Positions 28,767 through 38,575 of a DNA stretch of 64,000 nucleotides are shown in pieces. The position numbers were made by a program, and so were the translations under genes. The DNA comes from Myxococcota bacterium. GTDB lineage: Bacteria > Myxococcota_A > UBA796 > GCA-2862545. Position 1 is the first letter of the stretch. The number at the start of each line of letters is the position of its first letter. The stretch spans positions 1-64,000 of the forward strand of contig JBCCQY010000017.1 of the NCBI GenBank assembly GCA_039208735.1, in the 5' to 3' direction. The notes under the pieces were generated by a model. It did not search any database. It saw nothing but the letters and a program-made list of their open reading frames with translations, and was not told where the DNA came from.

Positions 28767-31700
28767 ATGGAGACCTCGACGCCCCGACCCGAGTATGCTC
28801 CAAGGGTGCAAGGTCTCCGGGTCGGTTCGTTCACCCTCGAGGGTCCCATCGCGTCCGGTGGAATGGGCGAGGTGTGGCGTGCCGTCCATCGGTCCTCGAC
28901 CCCCGTGGCCCTGAAGATCATCAGCGCCAACGCGGAGCGCGGACTCGATCCGGTTGGCGCGCTTCAGGCCGAGATCCGCGCCGTGGCCGCCCTGCAGCAC
29001 CCCAACATCGTGCCCGTCTTCGATGCGGGGGTGTTGGGGCCCGAGCATGAGGGCATGAGCGGCGGCAAGCTCGTGGCGGGCAGCCCTTGGCTTGCGATGG
29101 AATTGGCCCAAGGGAGTGCCCACGATCTCCAAGAAGAGATGGACTGGGGCCTCCTCGTCTCGATGCTCGTGCAGGTGCTCGATGGGCTGGCTCACGCCCA
29201 TGCTCGCGGGGTGATCCACCGCGATCTGAAGCCCGCGAACGTCCTGTTTACGCGGATCGACGGCCGGGTGCGGGTGCTTTTGGCCGACTTTGGTTTGGCA
29301 TGGGCATGGCGCCGTACGTCGGAGCCCCTCGATGGCGGCACTGCAGCGTATTCAGCCCCTGAACAGCTGATTCGTCAGCTATCGGAACAAGGTCCCTGGA
29401 CCGATCTCTACTCGCTCGGCTGCACCGCATTCCGCCTCGTCGCAGGACGCCGACCCTTCAGAGGCCAGACCGCCGACGAACTCCAGCGCGCCCACCTCTT
29501 CAGCCCAATCCCGAAACTCACCCCTCGCTTTCCCGTGCCGCAAGGCTTTGCAACGTGGCTCGAAGGGATGATGGCGAAGGACCCACGGGAACGGTTCCAG
29601 CGCGCCGCCGACGCTGCATGGTCCCTGATGCAGCTCCCGGCTCCCGCCTCCGAGAACATCGACGAAGAGGACGACGCCGACACGGTCTCGGTGTTGCACT
29701 CGGACCGTGAACGCACCCGCACATTGCCCGTCGAGGCGTGGCGTTCGGTGGCCCCGCGGCGTTCGGAGCCTGCCCTCGCCGCGGCCCAAACGCGAGCCCC
29801 GGTGCCGCGCGACTGGGTGCGCCCACATCACGATCAGCCTCGCGTCGGGGCCCGTGGGCTCGGATTGTTCGGGCTCTTCGACTGTCCGCTGGTGGCGCGC
29901 AACGACGAACGGGATCAGCTGTGGCGAGCGCTCGTCGGGGGCACGCAGTTGGCGTTGGCCGTGGTCACGGGCCCGGAAGGCATTGGTAAATCACGGCTCG
30001 GCGCCTGGCTTTGCGAACGGGCCCACGAGATTGGCGCGGCCGAGGTGTTCCGCGCGTCCTTCTCGCGCGACAACGCCGGCGTGCCACGAGGACTCCCCGC
30101 GCTGGTGGAAGAGCCACTGCGGACCCACGGGCTCGACGGGCAAGACCTGCTTTCGCACCTGCAGACGATGGTGAAGAACGACCATCAGTACGCCGACATC
30201 GACCCGGCAGCGTTGGCTCGGTTGCTGCGTCCCCAGGATGACGCGCTGCCGGTGAAGTCACTGCCCCTCGACGACCGGGTCGCCCTGACCTACCGCCTCA
30301 TCCGGCGTCGCCTGGATCAGCGGCGGCTCTTGATCTGGCTTGACGACGTCGGCGACTCCACCTCGGCCCTCGCGCTGGTGCGCTACCTGTCCCGGCATGC
30401 GGCAAAGGTTCCTGGCCTGGTGCTCATCAGCCTCCGCTCTCCTATGCCCAAGGTGACGCGGAACAAACTGAATCCGCTGTATTCGCAGCTTGAAGGGTTG
30501 CATCTAGAGCTGCCTCCGCTGTCCCAACCCGAAGCCCAGGATCTGGTTCGTGGACTCCTGCCGGTGCCTAGCGAACTGGCGAGCCGAATCGCCGAGGCCT
30601 CGAAAGGGCATCCGCGGTCGGCGATGAACATCGTCAATGGGTTGGTGCAACGCGGACAGCTGCGAGGCGATGCGACCGGCGTGGTGATCGACCCTTCCGT
30701 GCCTCTGCCCGATTCGCTGGGCTCGCTTTATGAGGGCGCACTTCAGCAGGTAAAAACCCTGGGTCCCTCGGGCCGGACCGCGCTTGAATTGGCCGCCGTG
30801 TTGGGCTCCAACGTGGCGGTTCCCGAGTGGCGCAACGCGTGTCGTCTTCTTGGTGTGGAACTCAATCCGCAACTGCTCGCGCTCATCGTCACGCGGGGGT
30901 TCATCGCGCCAACCCGTGGAGGGCGATACCGGTTTGGCCAGGGCGTGTTGCGCGATGCCTTGATCGACGCGGCAGGACGCGAGGGCCGGGCCGCGATGCT
31001 GCATGAGATCTGCGGCCAAGTGCTCGCGAGCGGGGGCAACTCCTTGGCCGCCCGGGCCGGCGAGCACTTCGAATCCGCCAACCGCCCGGATCTCGCGGCC
31101 GAAGCCTATCTGAAGGCCATGCGATGGTTGTCTGGCTGGGACCGTGAAAAGGCGCTCGAACATGGCACGCGGTGGTACGCCTGCCTGGGTCGGGTGGCGG
31201 GTGAAGGCGACCCTCGCTGGGCCTCGGGGATGCAGGTGCTTGTCGAGTTGTTGGGCGTGCAAGGGGGCGATGCCCACCAGCGAGCCACCGCGGAGCTGTT
31301 GGAACGAGGGCGCGGCGACCCCACGGCCGAGACCCGAGCCCTCATCGAACTGTCCTATGCCGACCTGCGAGCCCAGGAATTGGACCGGGCCTCCGCGCGG
31401 GCGGAGCTGGCGTGGCACAAGTCGGCGGGGACCGAGCTGCGGGGCGATGCGGCGGTGGCCCGGGCCGAGGTGCGTCGTCATCGCGGGGAGTTCGCCCAAG
31501 CCGAACAGATCCTGCGCGAAGTGCTCGAAGACGACAGCGATGCGGCCGTGGTCACGCTCGCGCTTGCCCGGGTGTTGTGTGACGACGGACGGGGTCGCGA
31601 AGCCCTCACCATCCTCGATGGCTGGGCGGATCGCTCGACCGTCACGAGTGCTCCCATGACCCGGGCTCGGCTCCAGCGAGCACGCGGACGAGCGTTGTTT

Positions 31701-32129
31701 GTGCTCGGCCATCGCGAGCAGGCGGTGCAGGTCTTCGAAGAGGCTTGTGAGCTGCGGGACCGCGCGGGCTTCGATTGGCCGATGCTCGACCTCGACCTCG
31801 CCACCGCAGTGGCCGAGACACAGCCCAAACGGGCCATGCGACTGCTCGAGCACGCGCTCGGTCGGTTGGACGCGACCCACGATGCCCGGTCGCGTTCCGA
31901 TGCGTTGGCCATGCTCGCCTGGATGCACGCGACGGCGGCCGACTGGGAGGCTGTCGAGGACTGCATCGATGGTCTCGAAGATTTGCCGCAACGAGGCCGC
32001 AAGCCCGAGACCTTGTCACGGCTCCTCGAACTTGCAGATCTAGCCCAGGCTTCCGGTGAGTTGTTGCTCGCCCGACGCGCCAAGCGCTGGGTTCGAGGCG
32101 AAGCGCACACCACGCCGCTGCCTCACTGA
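28767..32129 (+). CDS. Ser/Thr kinase - STAND ATPase - TPR fusion
   Basis: GGMGEV, HRDLKPANV, DFG and APE kinase motifs; Walker A GPEGIGKS, Walker B LIWLDD and GHP; TPR-like C-terminus. Confidence 0.93.
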   Translation: METSTPRPEYAPRVQGLRVGSFTLEGPIASGGMGEVWRAVHRSSTPVALKIISANAERGLDPVGALQAEIRAVAALQHPNIVPVFDAGVLGPEHEGMSGGKLVAGSPWLAMELAQGSAHDLQEEMDWGLLVSMLVQVLDGLAHAHARGVIHRDLKPANVLFTRIDGRVRVLLADFGLAWAWRRTSEPLDGGTAAYSAPEQLIRQLSEQGPWTDLYSLGCTAFRLVAGRRPFRGQTADELQRAHLFSPIPKLTPRFPVPQGFATWLEGMMAKDPRERFQRAADAAWSLMQLPAPASENIDEEDDADTVSVLHSDRERTRTLPVEAWRSVAPRRSEPALAAAQTRAPVPRDWVRPHHDQPRVGARGLGLFGLFDCPLVARNDERDQLWRALVGGTQLALAVVTGPEGIGKSRLGAWLCERAHEIGAAEVFRASFSRDNAGVPRGLPALVEEPLRTHGLDGQDLLSHLQTMVKNDHQYADIDPAALARLLRPQDDALPVKSLPLDDRVALTYRLIRRRLDQRRLLIWLDDVGDSTSALALVRYLSRHAAKVPGLVLISLRSPMPKVTRNKLNPLYSQLEGLHLELPPLSQPEAQDLVRGLLPVPSELASRIAEASKGHPRSAMNIVNGLVQRGQLRGDATGVVIDPSVPLPDSLGSLYEGALQQVKTLGPSGRTALELAAVLGSNVAVPEWRNACRLLGVELNPQLLALIVTRGFIAPTRGGRYRFGQGVLRDALIDAAGREGRAAMLHEICGQVLASGGNSLAARAGEHFESANRPDLAAEAYLKAMRWLSGWDREKALEHGTRWYACLGRVAGEGDPRWASGMQVLVELLGVQGGDAHQRATAELLERGRGDPTAETRALIELSYADLRAQELDRASARAELAWHKSAGTELRGDAAVARAEVRRHRGEFAQAEQILREVLEDDSDAAVVTLALARVLCDDGRGREALTILDGWADRSTVTSAPMTRARLQRARGRALFVLGHREQAVQVFEEACELRDRAGFDWPMLDLDLATAVAETQPKRAMRLLEHALGRLDATHDARSRSDALAMLAWMHATAADWEAVEDCIDGLEDLPQRGRKPETLSRLLELADLAQASGELLLARRAKRWVRGEAHTTPLPH

Positions 32130-32189
32130 CCGAAGCGCACGGGTCACCTTTGCGTCGCCGTCGCCGTCGTCCACCACTGCAGGGAGGGC

Positions 32190-33464
32190 TCAGCGAATTC
32201 GGTCGATTCGCCTCACGAACCCGGGCTGCTCGACCAACACCTCGGCTCCGCTACTGGTCATCCGGTAGACGTTCGACGTCGAGTCGGGGCCTCGGTCATC
32301 GATATTGGCTGGAATGACAATCAAGTCCTCATCCACCACCGACGGAAACCCGAACCAATTCTGGCCGTCGGTGTTGGGGACTCGCGTACCTACGAAGTCA
32401 GAAGTAGAGCCCACGTAGGGAGCGAAGGCGCTGCCTTCGCCACCGAAATAGCTCCCGGGATTCGTCAGCTCCGCAATCGGCGCCGTGATCTCATCGCGAA
32501 ATAGGGCCAGGAACTGGTCATCCGCGATGATGAAGCCCGCTAGGTCGTCGAAACCCTCGGGATTCATCGAGGCCGCCTCCACCATGAAGTCAGGGTCGAA
32601 ACCGGCTTCCCCGTCTCGAATGCGGAGCAGACAACCTGCCCCCGAGCTGGGGATGGAGTAGTGATTGGCGAACCCTTGCAACGCGTCGCCCACTAAGATG
32701 TAGTCGCCAGACGATGGGTCGATGACGCCCCCGAGAGAGCTATACGGGCAGCGCTCGTCGACGACCATGCTCACGGCTTGTCGATCGTCGACCGGCACCA
32801 GCAGAACACGAGCCCCGTGCACAGACTCAAGCGTCGTGAAGTCGATGTTGTAAATGGGCACGATGATGGTCTGACCATCGAACGACAGCGTAGGCTGACC
32901 GACAAGAAGCCCCTCTGGCATACCTTCCATCGGGAAGGGTACAGCCTCGATGATCTCGAGCGCGCTGGGGTTCCACCAGACGAACTGTCGCGTTGGAGCG
33001 TCAACGTAGACCGCCGTCGTTTCCGAAAGGAAGAGCGTCGACGCCTGATAGCTGGTGATGCCCAAGCCCGACATGGTGAATTCGTCGAGCTCGGTCAGTG
33101 ACCGATCCTCGCCCACATCAAATCGTGTAATCTCCAGAGATTCAGCTTCGAAGGCAAACACATCGCCAAACGCGGTCAGGAGACGGGTCGTTCCACCGAA
33201 CTCGATAGCCTCGGTCAGGTCGACTGGATCAGCGATGTCCTCGACAACGGCCAGGTAGACGAAGCGCGTGCCGTCCAGGGTTTGGGTTTCCACCTGAATC
33301 AGAAAGGCAGGGTTGTCGCCGGTCACCGGTTCACTGGGGTCTGCCGGCTCTCCGTTGGGCGGCTCCGTCTCGATCGGCTCGGCGCAGGCCGCACAAGCGA
33401 CGAAGCTCACTGCCAACAGCACCTTCGTCAGGTAGCGAGTCGTTCCCTCGACGATAGAATTCAT
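32190..33464 (-). CDS. MxcI-like / DUF4374-like lipoprotein, probably for iron uptake
   Basis: Lipobox CAA-C and an acidic beta-propeller-like body. WNPS, DERC and CLLRI..G...FDPDF segments are recalled from myxobacterial MxcI homologs. A Fur-like box lies upstream. Confidence 0.65.
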   Translation of the reverse strand: MNSIVEGTTRYLTKVLLAVSFVACAACAEPIETEPPNGEPADPSEPVTGDNPAFLIQVETQTLDGTRFVYLAVVEDIADPVDLTEAIEFGGTTRLLTAFGDVFAFEAESLEITRFDVGEDRSLTELDEFTMSGLGITSYQASTLFLSETTAVYVDAPTRQFVWWNPSALEIIEAVPFPMEGMPEGLLVGQPTLSFDGQTIIVPIYNIDFTTLESVHGARVLLVPVDDRQAVSMVVDERCPYSSLGGVIDPSSGDYILVGDALQGFANHYSIPSSGAGCLLRIRDGEAGFDPDFMVEAASMNPEGFDDLAGFIIADDQFLALFRDEITAPIAELTNPGSYFGGEGSAFAPYVGSTSDFVGTRVPNTDGQNWFGFPSVVDEDLIVIPANIDDRGPDSTSNVYRMTSSGAEVLVEQPGFVRRIDRIR

Positions 33465-33476
33465 TGGCTTCTCCCA

Positions 33477-33499
33477 TTGAAAATGAAAGTCGATTTCAA
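33477..33499. promoter_or_regulatory. Putative Fur box
   Basis: TTGAAAATGAAAGTCGATTTCAA has TTGAAA/TTTCAA dyad ends. The core 33479-33497 matches 13/19 of GATAATGATAATCATTATC and sits just upstream of the RBS of the MxcI-like gene. Confidence 0.7.
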
Positions 33500-33653
33500 T
33501 AGACCATCAGAACCCTGATTGCTTCGATTCTTCTGGTCTGACCCAGCCGCACGTTAAGCAGCCGGCCTCGCGGACGGCAAGCGCCATTCGACGAGCGGTC
33601 GCTTTCGGTCGACCGATGACCTTCGGGGTTGCGGCAACTCTGGAGATCCCCCG

Positions 33654-34760
33654 TTGGACGAGATCACAGCCACCCCTTCGTCACCTCAGGGCGGATTCAC
33701 CTTTGTGCGTGTCGCCATCGTCCTGCATTTTGTCGGGTGGTTGTTCGCCGACATGACGTTCTTTGGGCAGTGGGGCCTCATGCTGCTCTGGAAGGGAGCG
33801 CCGCCCTTCGAGGTCTTCGCCGTGTGGATGACCATTGTCACTTTGTCGCTCGTCATCCCGGCACTGATGGCCAAAGCCTACTCCCGGATTCCGCTAACGA
33901 GCCTCTCCGATGGATCGAGTATTCGCTACGTCGTAGGGTTGGTGCTGGCCGGAACCCTGGTCTGGAGTCTGCTTCTGGAATTTGCCTACAGCCTGACCAG
34001 CTACATTCCGCCCAAGGACCTCTGGATTGGGATGATCTGGAACCTCTCCACGATTCTCCTGCTGTTGTCTGGCTGGTCCGCCCTCTACTTTCTGCCGGTC
34101 TTCAACCTCCGCCTGCGCCGGGCACGGGAGCGTGAACTTCAGACCCGAGCGCTCGTCCGTGAGGCCGAACTCGCTTCGCTTCGGTCCCAGCTTCGACCTC
34201 ACTTCTTGTTCAACTCCCTCAACTCGGTACTCGGACTCTTGGAGGAAGAGCCTCGGCGAGCCAAGGACATGATGTGGGACGTGGCCTCATTGCTCCGACG
34301 TGCGCTCGAGGCCAGTCAATCCGACCTGTCCACGCTGGACGAGGAAATCGAGTTCGCCGAGCAGTACCTCCGATGTGAACAGGTACGTTTCGGAGACGAC
34401 CTGTCCGTGGCGATGACAGTCCCATGGACACTGCGCTCGGAACGCATCCCGACACTGCTCCTGCAGCCGCTGGTCGAGAACGCCGTAAAGCACGGCATGC
34501 GCTCTCACCAGCGAGTCCAGGTCGTGGTCGAGGCCTCTCGGGAGCGCGATCGGTTGGTGCTCATCGTTCGCAATACCGGTCGACTGGGGCCGGACAGGGG
34601 CTCGACCGGTGCGGGACTCGGCTTGGTGCGCCGACGGCTATCGACCCGCTACGGCGCAGCCGCCAGCTTGGCCATTACCCAGGAAAAAGGTTGGGTCATC
34701 GCACGACTCGCGTATCCTTCGCACAACCCACTCACACCAACGCTCGAGGCTTCGGCATGA
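33654..34760 (+). CDS. LytS/YehU-type membrane sensor histidine kinase
   Basis: 4 TM segments, LRSQLRPHFLFNSLN, LQPLVENAVKHG and GAGLGLVRRRL. Confidence 0.93.
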   Translation: MDEITATPSSPQGGFTFVRVAIVLHFVGWLFADMTFFGQWGLMLLWKGAPPFEVFAVWMTIVTLSLVIPALMAKAYSRIPLTSLSDGSSIRYVVGLVLAGTLVWSLLLEFAYSLTSYIPPKDLWIGMIWNLSTILLLLSGWSALYFLPVFNLRLRRARERELQTRALVREAELASLRSQLRPHFLFNSLNSVLGLLEEEPRRAKDMMWDVASLLRRALEASQSDLSTLDEEIEFAEQYLRCEQVRFGDDLSVAMTVPWTLRSERIPTLLLQPLVENAVKHGMRSHQRVQVVVEASRERDRLVLIVRNTGRLGPDRGSTGAGLGLVRRRLSTRYGAAASLAITQEKGWVIARLAYPSHNPLTPTLEASA

Positions 34761-35455
34761 AGGTCCGGACGTTGATTGTTGACGACGAGCGCTTGGCCCG
34801 AGTCGCGCTCACCGCCTTGCTGCGCAAACGACACGACGTCGTGATCGTCGACGAGGCTTCATCTGTCCAAGCCGCCATCGACGGGATTCGCCTGCATCGG
34901 CCCGACGTCGTGCTCCTCGACATCGAGCTTCGAGACGGCACAGGATTCGATGTGTTCGACCGAATCGAGTGGCAGCCCCACGTGATCTTCACGACGGCCT
35001 ACGGCCACCATGCGGTGCGCGCCTTCGAAGTGGATGCGGTGGACTACCTTGTCAAGCCGATCCGACCGATGGCGCTCGATCGAGCCCTGTCAAGGGTGAA
35101 GGAGCGCGGTTCGCTCCAGATGTCACCGCTTCGCGTCAAACAGGGGCTCGACATGTTGTTCATCCGCCCCGCCGACATCCGCTTTCTGCGAGCGGTGAGG
35201 GACTACAGCGAACTCCACCTCACGACTGGGGCCCCACGACTTGTCTCTGAGTCCCTGGGACACCTGGAGCGACGACTTCCGCCCGGCTTCGAGCGGATTC
35301 ACCGCTCGTTCATCGCGAACACGCGTCACCTCGAAGCCATGGTGCGCGACAATGGGGGTTGGTCGGTTCGCTTACTGGGGGTCAACGAGGTGCTTCCGGT
35401 GAGCCGACGAGCGGTCAGCGACTTGCGCAAGCTACTCGGGATGCCCTTCGCATAG
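34757..35455 (+). CDS. LytTR-family response regulator
   Basis: Receiver VDDE...LLDI...TTAY...DYLVKP; LytTR FERIHRSFIAN and VSRR. ATGA overlap with the kinase. Confidence 0.95.
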   Translation: MKVRTLIVDDERLARVALTALLRKRHDVVIVDEASSVQAAIDGIRLHRPDVVLLDIELRDGTGFDVFDRIEWQPHVIFTTAYGHHAVRAFEVDAVDYLVKPIRPMALDRALSRVKERGSLQMSPLRVKQGLDMLFIRPADIRFLRAVRDYSELHLTTGAPRLVSESLGHLERRLPPGFERIHRSFIANTRHLEAMVRDNGGWSVRLLGVNEVLPVSRRAVSDLRKLLGMPFA

Positions 35456-35491
35456 CGAACTCGCCCTCCCAGAGCAGCTCCTCACCCAGAC

Positions 35492-36328
35492 TCAGTCCAC
35501 CGCCCCACCTGCGGCAGCCACCGCCGTAACCACGCCATCGAGACCCAGCTCCACCGTGTCGAAGGACTTGTGGGCGCGTTGATAGAGCGGTTCACGCTCG
35601 GCCAAGATTTCCCGTAGCCGTACGAGGGCATCGTCGTAGCCCTCCATCGGCCGCGTGTCGCCCTGCGCGGCCACCCGCTCCAGGTGGGCTTCTGCAGTGG
35701 CTCGCAGCCAAACCACATGCGCCTGCTGCGACAACAGGGCCCATGCGCCCGTATCGGCCACCACGGAACCCCCGATCTCCAGTACCGCAGGGCCGGGAGC
35801 CACCAGGCACTCCCGTAGCACCTCTCGACTTACGCGATGGTACCCCTGCGCACCATGAATCTCGAAGAGGTCAGCCAGCGACAGGCCAGCCCGCTGGCGC
35901 ACCAACGCATCGACCTCGACAAACGGACAACCGAGCCGCTGCGCCACTCGCGCCCCCACAGTGGACTTTCCCGCCCCGCGAAGCCCGACCAACGCGATCT
36001 TCTCGACCGCATGCGGCGACTGCACGGACGCCAACACCGCATCCAGCTCCTCGGGTGGACGGTCGCGCAATCGCATCGCGATCTGGTCGAGGACGTCGTG
36101 CACAGGACCAAGCCCCGCCAACCACCCCACCAACGACGCGTCGAGCGCCGCGGCCAACTCCGCAAGTCGCGCCAATGAGACGTTGGCCTGACCAGACTCC
36201 ACCTGCCCCACGAACCGCAGCGACATGCCCGCCGCCTGGGCCAACTGCTGCTGGCTCCAGCCACGACGTCGCCGTTGAGACCGAATTCGCGCGCCCAATG
36301 AGGCAGCGTCAATCCTTCGTTCCGTCAT
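35492..36328 (-). CDS. boxR: BzdR/BoxR-family regulator (XRE HTH + shikimate-kinase-like domain)
   Basis: HTH SQQQLAQAAGMSLRFVGQVESGQAN, plus IALVGLRGAGKST and RVAAQGDTRPM; divergent from boxB. Confidence 0.9.
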   Translation of the reverse strand: MTERRIDAASLGARIRSQRRRRGWSQQQLAQAAGMSLRFVGQVESGQANVSLARLAELAAALDASLVGWLAGLGPVHDVLDQIAMRLRDRPPEELDAVLASVQSPHAVEKIALVGLRGAGKSTVGARVAQRLGCPFVEVDALVRQRAGLSLADLFEIHGAQGYHRVSREVLRECLVAPGPAVLEIGGSVVADTGAWALLSQQAHVVWLRATAEAHLERVAAQGDTRPMEGYDDALVRLREILAEREPLYQRAHKSFDTVELGLDGVVTAVAAAGGAVD

Positions 36329-36330
36329 CT

Positions 36331-36379
36331 AGGCACTATAATTCGCTACCGGTTGCTGTAAATAGGCATGATAATGCTT
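36331..36379. promoter_or_regulatory. Two putative BoxR operator dyads
   Basis: AGGCACTATAATTC and AGGCATGATAATGCT (GCAT-N4-ATGC dyad), 33 bp apart in the boxR/boxB intergenic region. Confidence 0.6.
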
Positions 36380-36404
36380 TCATGACCCCTGCTCTGGAGG
36401 CCGC

Positions 36405-37832
36405 GTGGGTACCTTCGATTACGACGAGCGCATTCCAAACAACGTCGACCTGGCGAGCGACCGCCGCCTGCGACGTGCGTTGGAGAAGTGGCAGCCGGAC
36501 TTCCTCGAGTGGTGGCGATCGGTTGGTCCCCAAGCGCTGTCGACCGACGAGGTGTACCTGCGTACGGCCGTGTCGACCGCGCCGGGCGGTTGGGCGAACT
36601 TTGGACACGTCCGTATGCCGGACTACCGCTGGGGGGTTTTCCTCGCGGATGCCCAGGCGGATCGCGTCATTCCGGCCGGAGACGAAGCGGGCCGACCCGT
36701 CTGGCAGGACGTGCCGGGTGAACACCGCAATGCGCTGAAGCGCATCATCGTGGTCCAGGCCGACACCGAACCCGCGAGCGTCGAGCAACAGCGTTGGCTC
36801 GCCAACACCGCACCCTCGCTCTACGACTGCCGCAACCTGTTCCAGGTCAACGTGGAAGAAGCGAGGCACCTGTGGGCAATGGTGTATCTGCTGATGGCCC
36901 ACTTCGGCCGCGACGGGCGCGAAGAAGCCGATGCGCTACTCACGCGCCGCTCCGGCGACCCCGACACCCCGCGCATCCTCGATGCGTTCAACCAGCCCTG
37001 CTCGGACTGGCTCACCTTCTTCTCATTTGCGATGTTCGCGGATCGCGACGGCAAGTTCCAACTCGCATCCCTGGCCGAAAGCGCGTTTGATCCGCTCTCC
37101 CGAACCTGCCGCTTCATGCTCACCGAAGAGGCCCATCACTTGTTTGTGGGCACGACGGGGCTCGACCGCATCATTCGTCGCTCCGCCCAGCTCACCAAAC
37201 TCGACCCGAACGGCGACGCCCGCGCCCAGGGCGGCATCGACCTGCCCACGATTCAGAAGTGGATCAACCACTGGTTCAGCTACTGCCTCGACCTCTTCGG
37301 GTCCGAAGTGTCCAGCAACGCAGCGGACTACTTCGCGGCAGGGCTGAAGGGCCGGTACAAAGAGGCCGCTAACTATGACGAGCACGGGGCCATGTCGGGC
37401 AGCCGCAGCATCCCCACGATCGAAAACGGGTCCATCGTCGACCAGAACGTGCCGCTACGTCTCGCGATGAACGAACTGCTGCGTGACGACTACATCATCG
37501 ACTGCGAAAAGTCGCTGGCGCGCTGGAATCGGACGCTGGCAAGCGAAGGCCTCGATGCGCGGCTGTCCCTTCCCCACCGGCGGTTCTTCCGGCGCCAGGG
37601 CCTGTATGCGGATCATCACTTCGACCTTCAGGGCAACCTGATCGACCAGGCGACGTTCGAAGCCCACAAGGACGCTTGGCTGCCCAACGCCGATGACCAC
37701 GCCTACGTCCAGAGCCTAATGCAGCCTGTCTACGAGCCCGGAAAGATGGCGAACTGGATTGCCGCGCCAAGCAAGGGCATCAACGGTCAGCCCGTTGACT
37801 TCGAATACGTCCGGACGGACCTCGTCAACTGA
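36405..37832 (+). CDS. boxB: Benzoyl-CoA 2,3-epoxidase subunit B (di-iron)
   Basis: ERIPNNVDL, VRMPDYRWG, QADTEPASVEQQ, NVEEARH, DRDGKFQL, EEAHH and AGLKGR motifs. Confidence 0.96.
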   Translation: MGTFDYDERIPNNVDLASDRRLRRALEKWQPDFLEWWRSVGPQALSTDEVYLRTAVSTAPGGWANFGHVRMPDYRWGVFLADAQADRVIPAGDEAGRPVWQDVPGEHRNALKRIIVVQADTEPASVEQQRWLANTAPSLYDCRNLFQVNVEEARHLWAMVYLLMAHFGRDGREEADALLTRRSGDPDTPRILDAFNQPCSDWLTFFSFAMFADRDGKFQLASLAESAFDPLSRTCRFMLTEEAHHLFVGTTGLDRIIRRSAQLTKLDPNGDARAQGGIDLPTIQKWINHWFSYCLDLFGSEVSSNAADYFAAGLKGRYKEAANYDEHGAMSGSRSIPTIENGSIVDQNVPLRLAMNELLRDDYIIDCEKSLARWNRTLASEGLDARLSLPHRRFFRRQGLYADHHFDLQGNLIDQATFEAHKDAWLPNADDHAYVQSLMQPVYEPGKMANWIAAPSKGINGQPVDFEYVRTDLVN

Positions 37833-38490
37833 CTGCTTGTCGCTTGGCCTGCCGCGGCAGTGGGCCAAGCGCCACCCGCGCTTCAGCCGTGGTGGCGTGT
37901 TGTCCTTCGAGGTGTTGCTGGGCCACCACGATGCGGTGGCGAATGAACGCACACAGCGCCTCGAGATCTTCTGACGCCACAATCGGATCGACGTCCAAAA
38001 GCAGGATGGCCCCGTCGAGCAACTCGATCTGAAGCCCGGGCGCTCCGGGCTCGATGGTCTCGATGTCGTGAAGGGGGAGCCGAACCCGGTCGCCCATGCG
38101 CTCAAACCCCACGCCTCGGGCCTTCACCCCCCACCACTCTACGTGGGTCGACGAGACGCGAAAACGCCAGGGCGTCACACCGAAGAGGTGTTGCATCCCT
38201 CGTTCGACCATGCGCCACCCGAGGTAGACGCCCATCGCCAGGATTCCCGCCATGAACAGCGAGGCGACCGCGGCGGGAAAGGTCCAGCCTCCGATGCCGG
38301 TTTCGATCATCAACCGGGTCATCGCGGCGGGCAGTACCACCCCCGCGATGAACAGCACGAACAGGTTGAAGGCGGTGTCGACGAAGCCATCGACGGAGTC
38401 CAGCGATCCGCGTCGGGGCAAGGTGCCTTGCACTTCATCGTCTTTCCAGTGCAGCTGGAGTCGTTCCTCGAGCCCCGATGGCCCTTCCAT
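37825..38490 (-). CDS. Hypothetical membrane protein (2 TM + PH-like domain)
   Basis: ATG 38490 after GGAGG; two hydrophobic helices. Confidence 0.65.
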   Translation of the reverse strand: MEGPSGLEERLQLHWKDDEVQGTLPRRGSLDSVDGFVDTAFNLFVLFIAGVVLPAAMTRLMIETGIGGWTFPAAVASLFMAGILAMGVYLGWRMVERGMQHLFGVTPWRFRVSSTHVEWWGVKARGVGFERMGDRVRLPLHDIETIEPGAPGLQIELLDGAILLLDVDPIVASEDLEALCAFIRHRIVVAQQHLEGQHATTAEARVALGPLPRQAKRQAVS

Positions 38491-38575
38491 CTGCCCCTCC
38501 CAGACGCGAACTCCGCTCGTACGCGAGTCTTTGGTCACGGTACCATTGGCGAGCGGCCGAGCACGTCGCGACCCG

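Noticed and set aside
35492..36328. Shikimate kinase aroK
   Set aside because: The N-terminal XRE HTH and the position next to boxB identify a BzdR/BoxR regulator.
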